From Oligoflexus sp. (GTDB lineage: Bacteria > Bdellovibrionota_B > Oligoflexia > Oligoflexales > Oligoflexaceae): DNA of 10,191 nt. Of this stretch, positions 1-6,671 are shown piece by piece; position 1 is the first letter of the stretch, and each line of letters starts with the position of its first letter. The stretch is taken from positions 1 through 10,191 of the forward strand of contig JBGSTX010000038.1 in NCBI GenBank assembly GCA_041736305.1, given 5' to 3'. A program made the translations under genes and the position numbers. The notes under the pieces were generated by a model that saw only the letters and a list, made by a program, of their open reading frames with translations, had not been told where the DNA came from and did no database searches.

Positions 1-21
1 GGCCTCAGTACGATTTCTACA

Positions 22-1035
22 TCAAGCGCGATTTCTCTGATCCTGCCCTGAGATCTCACCTTCCTCGCCCGCATCTTTATTTTTTGCCATCACGTTAGCT
101 CTTTCAAAGAGCGCGTCTGAAGTGAGAATCATGTGATCCAGCTTGTAGTGGTTCACGAGCTTGAGCGTTTGGGTCGCTTCCAGATCGACTCGATCACAGG
201 CCTCAACAAAGGCTAAATCCTCGTCATAGAGATCGTTGTTATCGGCTTTGTTCCAGAGAACTTCGATAGATGAGGTGAATTTATTGACCAGAGCGTAGTA
301 GATGCCTTCATGAGAAAAAATCGAATTGATGAGGGTCAAGAGCACCGAAAATATGATGCCTGCGATCGACGTGTTCATCGCAAATGCAATCTGAGTAAGG
401 AAGCCATTCATGATGTTCTTAGTGGCTTCTGGGTCAGCGACATCCATCCCACCGAGAGAGGGCAGACTGCTCATGATGCCGACGAAAGTACCGAGAATGC
501 CGCCGATTACGAAGAGGTTCGGTAGAATATGCAGGAGGTTGGCCACCTGAGAAATTGAAATGATTCCGAAAAGGCGACCAAAGACCGGATTTTGTTCAAA
601 AACAGTTTTGCTGAGATTGATAAAGGTCGGTCGCGTCTGGTCACGGCGCAGATAGCGGGCTTGGCGAAGAAAGTCCATGACTACCCGGGCAGCACCCTCT
701 TTGACGAGGAAGGCTCTGTCACTGACAGACGAGAGCTGGTCGTAGCGGCGACGCATATTTCTGTGGCGCAACTCGAAGAGTTCGAAGTAGGTCTTTTGCA
801 AGACTGACTTAGTCAAGTTGAAGAATGATATATTTGGATAGTTGTGCTCGGAGAGCGCCGTGAGCGTCCGCTTTTCGAACTCCTTGATGAACCATAGTTC
901 GCGCCTCACTGTATAATAGACCAGCATGCGCATGCCTACTCCCACAAAAAAGCAGGTGACCATCAGAAAGAGGAGATTATCTGCTGCAAAACTCACCATT
1001 CCCTGATAGAAACCCGCGATCCAACTACTGTTCAT
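22..1035 (-). CDS. MotA/TolQ/ExbB ion-channel family protein, ZorA-like signature (3 predicted TM segments)
   Basis: 337-aa ORF. SD AGGAG at 1044-1048 (minus strand) overlaps the upstream stop codon. Hydrophobic segments at ~aa21-43, ~167-190 (ILPNLFVIGGILGTFVGIM, matching the family P-x-x-x-x-x-G-I/L-L-G-T motif) and ~216-240 (IAFAMNTSIAGIIFSVLL, the T-x-x-G motif). Its neighbour is a MotB-like gene. Confidence 0.8.
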   Translation of the reverse strand: MNSSWIAGFYQGMVSFAADNLLFLMVTCFFVGVGMRMLVYYTVRRELWFIKEFEKRTLTALSEHNYPNISFFNLTKSVLQKTYFELFELRHRNMRRRYDQLSSVSDRAFLVKEGAARVVMDFLRQARYLRRDQTRPTFINLSKTVFEQNPVFGRLFGIISISQVANLLHILPNLFVIGGILGTFVGIMSSLPSLGGMDVADPEATKNIMNGFLTQIAFAMNTSIAGIIFSVLLTLINSIFSHEGIYYALVNKFTSSIEVLWNKADNNDLYDEDLAFVEACDRVDLEATQTLKLVNHYKLDHMILTSDALFERANVMAKNKDAGEEGEISGQDQRNRA

Positions 1036-1046
1036 AATGCCTTCTC

Positions 1047-2774
1047 CTAGTCCTGCAGACTAAAGCGGATAATAACTCGCTGTGAACGAGAGCAATTGTG
1101 AGACTTACAGAAACTGTCTAGATTCATAACGCCGGGATCCTGGCCCTTGATGTCTTCCGTAAAGAAGCTTCTTCCGGTAACTTTGACGAGAGGTAGCAGC
1201 TGCTTCTGCTGCTTAAACTGCATCTTGCTCTGATCGAAAATATACTTGAAAATCGAACGGGCACGCATGTAGCTCAGATCCAGGTTGTAGTTGACGGCAC
1301 CGCGATCGGCAGCTGAGAGGGTGTTCGGGTCGACAACGCGGTCCTTATAGGTCGGCGAAGAAAATCCTATTATCTCGATCGAGCTGATCTGCGAGGCAAT
1401 TTTCGTATCATCGAGCAAAGTCTCAGCGTATTTAGGGATGGCGCCCCGCAAAATTTTTGCCATCCCTGGTTTGAGCAGATGTTTACCCGTGTCGAAATAC
1501 TCGTCACCGAAGTTCAGTATCACATCACCCGTATTGGGGTTTACCTCGACGTCGATGCCTTTGCCGCGAAAAGCATCAGAAATCCGTTTCGAGATATTTT
1601 TTCGACGATCAGCTTTGGCCCGGGCAAGGGCGAGCTCGCGATCGAGCTCCTTATTGCGGTCTTTCTCACCTTGCAGCTGACTGTTGAGGGCCGCATTCTG
1701 ATTGGTAAGGGCTGATCCTGCATCGACCAGTTGAGCGAGGCGCTTGTTATTCTCGGCTAAGCCACCTTCGAGGTCCTTGAGCTTGGCGTTGTGCTCGGCA
1801 TTGGATTTGGCCAATCGGTCTTTGTACATGTTTTCTGCGGCAGCGCGTTCCGCAGCATTGAGTTTCTGCTTAGCGATCTCGTCTTTAAAGGCGCCTTCCT
1901 GCCTCTGCATTTCAGCTAGGTGCTCGCCCTTGATTTGGTCGATTTGCTTCTGGCTCAAATTTTGGGCGGAAGTGAGCTCATTAATTAGGTTCTCATTCTG
2001 CTTCTGAGCCTGGTTAAGGTCGGTCTTTAGAGCTTCCATTTGAGCCATTGATTGGTTCAAGGCCTGCTTTCTTTGCGTCGATTCTTGGCTGAGAGAGCTG
2101 ACCTTTTCATCTCTTTCCTTGACTATCTTCGAAAGGCGTTCGCTAAAAGCTTTCTGTTGTTCCTCGCGATCGACCCGTTCTTTCTCGAATTCGCTTTTGA
2201 CTGCTCTCAGTTGATCGGATGTTTGCGCGATCAAGCGCTCTTTCTTCGTAAGGGTCTGTTCCTGATCCTTAACCGTTTTAGAAAGACTGCCGATTTCCTT
2301 GGTCTGCGTATCGATGCGCTGATCGCGCTCGTTAATTTTTGCATTCGCCGAGAGATGGGCTGTGATGAGGCTTTTGACGGTATTCTGATAAAAGTCGAGA
2401 CTTTTGTTTTTCTCAGCCAGTTCTTTCAGCTCGGCGCGGGCGGTCGCTTCGTCTTGCTGGGTTTTTTCTTTGAGGGTGTCGAGCCGGTTCATCAACGCAT
2501 CGAATATCTTCTTTTCTTGTTGGGTCGCGCTAACTTCGAGGTAGTTGTTGCGCAACCTTTCAAAGACTTGGACCTGAGCTTCGAGCTGGCGTATTTGCTC
2601 TTCTTTGTCCGCAATCGTCTTGTTACTTTGTACAGAGATAGCACCCGAGCGGAAGGAGGCTACCGTATAGAGCAAGAGAAAGAGAAAAGATAGCACCATG
2701 AAAAGGTCACTGTAGGAGACCCACTGGTTGCCATGATCCTCTTTTTTAGCGATCCGATCATAATCGAAATTCAC
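1047..2774 (-). CDS. MotB/ZorB-like membrane-anchored protein with very long coiled coil and C-terminal OmpA-like domain
   Basis: 575 aa, GTG start with GGAGG SD at 2782-2786. N-terminal WVSYSDLFMVLSFLFLLLY is a MotB/ZorB TM motif with the conserved Asp (D23). About aa50-400 is E/K/Q/A-rich with heptad character and there is no Pro before aa413. The C-terminus has OmpA/MotB_C motifs: YFDTGKHLL, IEIIGFSS, NLDLSYMRARSI, VTGRSF, SQRVIIRF. Confidence 0.82.
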   Translation of the reverse strand: MNFDYDRIAKKEDHGNQWVSYSDLFMVLSFLFLLLYTVASFRSGAISVQSNKTIADKEEQIRQLEAQVQVFERLRNNYLEVSATQQEKKIFDALMNRLDTLKEKTQQDEATARAELKELAEKNKSLDFYQNTVKSLITAHLSANAKINERDQRIDTQTKEIGSLSKTVKDQEQTLTKKERLIAQTSDQLRAVKSEFEKERVDREEQQKAFSERLSKIVKERDEKVSSLSQESTQRKQALNQSMAQMEALKTDLNQAQKQNENLINELTSAQNLSQKQIDQIKGEHLAEMQRQEGAFKDEIAKQKLNAAERAAAENMYKDRLAKSNAEHNAKLKDLEGGLAENNKRLAQLVDAGSALTNQNAALNSQLQGEKDRNKELDRELALARAKADRRKNISKRISDAFRGKGIDVEVNPNTGDVILNFGDEYFDTGKHLLKPGMAKILRGAIPKYAETLLDDTKIASQISSIEIIGFSSPTYKDRVVDPNTLSAADRGAVNYNLDLSYMRARSIFKYIFDQSKMQFKQQKQLLPLVKVTGRSFFTEDIKGQDPGVMNLDSFCKSHNCSRSQRVIIRFSLQD

Positions 2775-2799
2775 AGGACTACCTCCCGAGTTGAGCCAT

Positions 2800-2826
2800 T
2801 CATCGGTGAAGGGAGCTCGTTCTTGA
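2800..2826 (-). promoter_or_regulatory. Putative sigma28 (FliA)-type promoter for the motB/motA-like operon
   Basis: Minus strand reads TCAA-N15-ACCGATGA, against the consensus TAAA-N15-GCCGATAA. It ends 25 nt upstream of the GTG start at 2774. Confidence 0.55.
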
Positions 2827-2924
2827 TGAAGTCAATAGTGACTATCCGATAAGATTTGTGGCCGAGAGCCGGATCTCTCAAAAATAATTGACGTTTTTTT
2901 AGTGATTTTTTTGCCTTGGCCTAT

Positions 2925-2951
2925 TGAGCGAGACCGCCTGGCTACCGATAC
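2925..2951 (+). promoter_or_regulatory. Putative sigma28 (FliA)-type promoter for the 189-aa gene
   Basis: TGAG-N15-ACCGATAC, 36 nt upstream of ATG 2988. A second candidate, TGAA-N14-TCCGATAA, lies at 2827-2852. Confidence 0.45.
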
Positions 2952-2987
2952 AAGCTAGGATCACCTTTTTAAAGGGAGTGAGAAAAA

Positions 2988-3557
2988 ATGGGCTTCTTTA
3001 AGTCACGCAAGCCAACCGAAGAAGAAGAAACGATGAGGGACCTGATCAACTCGAGGAAGAAGCGAGATGGCCAACCTTCAGGTTCTGCGGACGCGCCCGA
3101 AACCGCAACAGGCGGAGCGCTAGGCATGGAAGGAAAGTCATTGCCGCCGCCCATCGCGAAGCCGCAGCTGCCGCCTGCGGCCCGTGCGCGCCCGTCCTTT
3201 GGGATCGAGCAAGCGATCGAGCTCGTTGCCAAGCTACCCCATGAGTCGCCGAAGTTGATTATATCTGTGCTCACCACGACGCTGGAAAGCGTCAACGTCA
3301 GCATACGCAGCATCATCGAAGATGCGAATCACAAGGAAGCGATCATGACCCACAGGGTGTCACAGCTCCAAAAAGATATCGCTCGCATGGAAGACAGTGT
3401 CCGTAACAGTAGGGGCGAAATCGCCAATATCGAAGCTCAGCTCGGTAAGTTTCGTGAAGTCAGAAACCGTTTGGCGGCTGCGATAGGATTTAGCGGTAAA
3501 GAAGATTCAGAGTCGAAAAGTAAGGGCTCAGAAGCCGACGACGATCTGGTGGCTTGA
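2988..3557 (+). CDS. Hypothetical protein: MGFF N-terminus, Pro/Ala-rich linker, helical domain and C-terminal coiled coil
   Basis: 189-aa ORF with SD GGGAG at 2974-2978. It fills the gap between long genes and is followed by a hairpin. Heptad pattern in VSQLQKDIARMEDSVRNSRGEIANIEAQLGKFREVRNRL. Confidence 0.8.
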   Translation: MGFFKSRKPTEEEETMRDLINSRKKRDGQPSGSADAPETATGGALGMEGKSLPPPIAKPQLPPAARARPSFGIEQAIELVAKLPHESPKLIISVLTTTLESVNVSIRSIIEDANHKEAIMTHRVSQLQKDIARMEDSVRNSRGEIANIEAQLGKFREVRNRLAAAIGFSGKEDSESKSKGSEADDDLVA

Positions 3558-3589
3558 TCTCCTGTTTTGCGCCCAACGCGTGCCAAGAG

Positions 3590-3612
3590 AGCCGGTCTAA
3601 ACAAGACCGGTT
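3590..3612 (+). terminator. Stem-loop downstream of the 189-aa gene, possible intrinsic terminator
   Basis: AGCCGGTCT-AAACA-AGACCGGTT (9-bp stem with one G-U), 32 nt after the stop. The U-tract is weak. Confidence 0.4.
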
Positions 3613-3755
3613 GGACTTTGCAGGTCTTTCTTTGTCTCGGTCTTGCTCGCTAGCTTCCAGTTTTTTCACTTGTACTCGACGCAGGTTTTGTGGTCGGATC
3701 TGGCCAAGTTTTCTTAGCTGGATTTCCCCTGCACCTTTTGTAGAGAGTATACCTG

Positions 3756-5690
3756 ATGACCTGCTATAGCCAATACCGGCAAAGCGCTCCTTCATCTGCG
3801 ATTCTTGTATCTCTGCTACTCTCCTTGGGAGGCTGTCAGAGCTCGCGGACGGAACCAACAGTGGGAGCTGGAACGAGCTCAAAATTATCTCTGAGCGCTT
3901 CCACATCGCCAGATCCACTCAGTCAGCCTTTCCAAGCTTTTCTCGAAAAGTCTTTCCAGGAAGAGCTGAATCTGAGTCCTGAGCGCAAATCTTGGCTTGG
4001 TCTTAAGGATAATCAAAACCAGCTCGACGATGCCTCGCCTGAGCAGCAGGAGCGCTATTTTGAACTTGCCAAGAAGCAGCTCGAAGCATTGCGCAGCTTC
4101 TCCCGAGATAAGCTGAGTGAAGACGACAGGCTAAACTACGATCTCTTCGCCCTCAAACTCGAACAAAAGCTGAATGCTTATCCCTATCGCTATCATAATT
4201 ATCCCGTGAATCAGATGTTCGGTATTCAGTCTGAACTGCCATCTTTCATGATCAACGTCCACCGCGTAACGAGTGAAAAAGATCTGCGGGACTATATAGA
4301 TCGCCTGCGGCAGTTCAAACGTAAGTTCGCGCAGATGGAAGAAGGGCTCAAAATCCAGGCTGAAAAAGGCGTGATTCTCCCGAAGTTTCTCTTTCCGCAC
4401 GTCTTGCGCGACTGCAGCAACATCGTATCGGGAGCTCCTTTCGCAAAATCCCCGCAGGCGAAGTCGCCACTCTATGAAGACTTCACTAAAAAGCTCGTAG
4501 CACTGCAGCTGCCACGCGAAAAAGTTATGCTCTACGATGCTGAGGCGCAGGAAGCACTCCTCAATTCGGTAGCTCCAGCCTATGCGAGTCTGAGTGCTAC
4601 TCTCAAAGAACTAGAGAAAAAAGCCCCGCTCCAAGGCGGAGCAGGAAGTCTTCCTCAAGGAGCTGCGTTCTATCAGTATGCTCTGATGGATGAAAATTCC
4701 ACTCCTCTGACGGCGGAAGAAGTCCACCAAATTGGTCTTAGGGAAGTCGCCAGAATTCAAGGTGAGATGCGGGCTATAGTCCAAAAGATCGGCTTTAAGG
4801 GTGACCTTCAGGCTTTCTTTAAAAGCGTCCGAAAAGATGAGAAGTTCTACTATCCCAACAGCGCCAAAGGCCGCCAGGATTACCTAAACGATACGGCGAA
4901 GATCCTCGATACTATGCAGGGCCGTCTGCCGGAGTTCTTTACGCAGGTACCTCCCCAGAAGCTCGAAGTTAAACAGGTCGAGGCCTACCGAGAAGCTTCG
5001 GCTGGCGCGGCCTTTTATTCCCAACCGAGTGAAGATGGTCAGCGGCCGGGCATTTATTATGTGAATCTTCACGAGATGCGGCAAGTTCCACGCTATGAGA
5101 TGGAGGCTCTCGCCTATCACGAAGGTGTTCCAGGGCATCATCTGCAGCTCTCGGCTAGTCAGAACCTGAAAGAGCTGCCTCGCTTTCGGCGCTTTGGCGA
5201 TCAAACAGCGTTTATTGAAGGTTGGGGACTTTATGCCGAAAAATTTCCGAAAGGGGCAGGGTTTTACCAGGATCCGTATTCTGACTTCGGTCGCCTTTCC
5301 ATGGAGCTCTGGCGAGCAGCGCGCCTAGTAGTCGATACTGGTCTGCATGGCAAAGCTTGGACGCGCGAAGAGGCTATCAAATATCTGGCAACACAGACTC
5401 CAGCTGACGCAAGTGAAATTAGCAATTCCGTGGAGCGATACCTAGTCATGCCCGGGCAGGCTACAGCCTATATGCTAGGGATGCTCAAAATCGTCGAGCT
5501 GCGCGATCGTATCGTCCAGGCTCAGGGCTCGAATTTTGATTTGAGGAAATTTCATGATGAAGTTCTGAAGCGAGGTCCTTTGCCGCTCAGCATTCTCGAC
5601 AAAGAGGTTTCTGAAAGTTTCGGTCTGCAGCAGTCCGCTACCGGTCTCCAAGCAGAAGCCCCTCAGACTAAGCCCGCAGGCGGTGCATGA
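3756..5690 (+). CDS. DUF885 family lipoprotein (putative metallopeptidase)
   Basis: 644 aa. Signal peptide with lipobox LGG-C. DUF885 hallmarks: EEVHQIGLREVARI, AAFYSQPSEDGQRPGIYYVN, YHEGVPGHHLQ, FIEGWGLYAE, WRAARLVVDTGLH, ERYLVMPGQATAYMLG, FDLRKFHDEVL..GPLPL. Confidence 0.93.
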   Translation: MTCYSQYRQSAPSSAILVSLLLSLGGCQSSRTEPTVGAGTSSKLSLSASTSPDPLSQPFQAFLEKSFQEELNLSPERKSWLGLKDNQNQLDDASPEQQERYFELAKKQLEALRSFSRDKLSEDDRLNYDLFALKLEQKLNAYPYRYHNYPVNQMFGIQSELPSFMINVHRVTSEKDLRDYIDRLRQFKRKFAQMEEGLKIQAEKGVILPKFLFPHVLRDCSNIVSGAPFAKSPQAKSPLYEDFTKKLVALQLPREKVMLYDAEAQEALLNSVAPAYASLSATLKELEKKAPLQGGAGSLPQGAAFYQYALMDENSTPLTAEEVHQIGLREVARIQGEMRAIVQKIGFKGDLQAFFKSVRKDEKFYYPNSAKGRQDYLNDTAKILDTMQGRLPEFFTQVPPQKLEVKQVEAYREASAGAAFYSQPSEDGQRPGIYYVNLHEMRQVPRYEMEALAYHEGVPGHHLQLSASQNLKELPRFRRFGDQTAFIEGWGLYAEKFPKGAGFYQDPYSDFGRLSMELWRAARLVVDTGLHGKAWTREEAIKYLATQTPADASEISNSVERYLVMPGQATAYMLGMLKIVELRDRIVQAQGSNFDLRKFHDEVLKRGPLPLSILDKEVSESFGLQQSATGLQAEAPQTKPAGGA

Positions 5691-5693
5691 AGT

Positions 5694-6422
5694 TTAAAAT
5701 ATCTTTTTAATGGAGAGGTTGCCTCGACCGGATTTTGCCGCAATTGTGAAAGGTGCATCATTATTGTCGGCCAACTCGCTCTTGAGCTTGCCTCTGCCCA
5801 CCTTGAGTTTGGTATTTATGCGGGCTCCAGCAGGCACAAAAACTGTGGCGTTCCCTGCCTCAGTCCGAATGTTGAGGCCGCCGCGGCTCGGTAGTGCAGA
5901 ATAGGTGATGGATATATCACCCTTTCCCACCTTGAGCTGACCGTTACCGCTGAGTCCTACGACACTGACGGCACCGTTGGGTGAACTGCCTTTAAGATCG
6001 GTGATGTCACCCGCAATCCTCACCTGTCCGCTGCCCGAAAAAAACTTGATCGAACCTCTGGTGCCGTTGATGCTTATCAGGCCCGAGCCATTGTTGATAT
6101 TCAGAGCTATATCGCGGGGAATCTTGATGTTGAAGTCAACGTTGCAGCGCGGTTGGAAATAAGCGAAGGGCGACTCAGTCGCGAGCACAAGCGTCTTATT
6201 GATTTTTTCGATTTTGAGCACGCAGTTCTCGCCGCGCCCTTGCTTCTGTACCTCGACGCTGGACTCGCTGCCCTGAGCCACCGTGATATTGATCTTGCCG
6301 CCAGTGTTTTTGAGGTTCAGGTTGTGAATATCTGACGAGTCGAAAACCTTCCGGATAATCTCCGTTTCGGCCAGCGTCGCGAGCAGGATAAGACTATGAA
6401 TAATGATGGGCTGGGGAAACAT
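5694..6422 (-). CDS. DUF4097/putative-adhesin-like beta-strand repeat protein, probably exported
   Basis: 242 aa with a hydrophobic N-terminus. Repeated units of the type 'xxxGxIxI': NTGGKINI, NGSGLISI, SGSGQVRI, SPNGAVSV, VGKGDISI, TEAGNATV, SGRGNLSI. Also VDFNIKIP. Converges on DUF885 with a 3-nt gap. Confidence 0.82.
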   Translation of the reverse strand: MFPQPIIIHSLILLATLAETEIIRKVFDSSDIHNLNLKNTGGKINITVAQGSESSVEVQKQGRGENCVLKIEKINKTLVLATESPFAYFQPRCNVDFNIKIPRDIALNINNGSGLISINGTRGSIKFFSGSGQVRIAGDITDLKGSSPNGAVSVVGLSGNGQLKVGKGDISITYSALPSRGGLNIRTEAGNATVFVPAGARINTKLKVGRGKLKSELADNNDAPFTIAAKSGRGNLSIKKIF

Positions 6423-6671
6423 AGCGTGATCCTATCCCACGAAAGGCGATATGAAAGTCCCGGTTCCCGCCTTCTCGAAAGAAGCTGAACTTGGGAAATC
6501 TGCAATTTAAAGGGAGTGCCGATACTTAATTTCTAGCATGAATGGCTGTATGTGTAAATAATCCTGAGAAGTTTTGCTGAATCGCGACAGTGAGCTAAGG
6601 CCTGGCAGACCCTGCTTATAACGACTTGCTAGTCTGAGGCTTAGAGGCTATATACCCAGCGTTCTCAAGTC

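Noticed and set aside
1-24. TGATG stop/start overlap at the end of the motA-like gene, suggesting a coupled third gene
   Set aside because: The ATG (22-20, minus) is followed immediately by TAG (19-17), so there is no ORF in that frame.
2052-2693. 213-aa plus-strand ORF, and smaller ORFs at 310-2007
   Set aside because: Antisense shadows of the motA-like and coiled-coil genes. The F/L-rich composition is what reverse-complemented GAA/AAA/CAA codons give, and there are no recognisable motifs.
22-2774. Calling the pair a canonical Zorya system or flagellar motAB
   Set aside because: Gene order is reversed, A lacks a long tail and has 3 rather than 4 predicted TMs, B is far longer than usual, and no zorC/D/E or flagellar genes are in the window. 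No gene symbols assigned.
2888-2916. TTGACG sigma70 -35 box
   Set aside because: No acceptable -10 hexamer 16-18 nt downstream.
3571-3586. Minus-strand TTGGCACGCGTTGGGC with sigma54 GG-N10-GC spacing
   Set aside because: The -12 box is GGGC rather than TTGC, and it would only drive antisense transcription into the 189-aa gene.
2969-3918. Minus-strand ORFs 2969-3316 and 3490-3918, and plus-strand ORF 3554-3769
   Set aside because: They overlap better-supported genes or the hairpin region, and show no protein-like motifs or convincing starts.
6538-6561. Mini-ORF MNGCMCK upstream of the Cys-cluster gene as a cysteine-sensing leader peptide
   Set aside because: No SD at usable spacing and no attenuator hairpins seen. 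A 7-codon ORF is expected by chance.
6626-6654. TTGCTA-N17-TATATA sigma70-like promoter
   Set aside because: The -10 lacks the highly conserved final T. Plausible but too weak to list as a feature.
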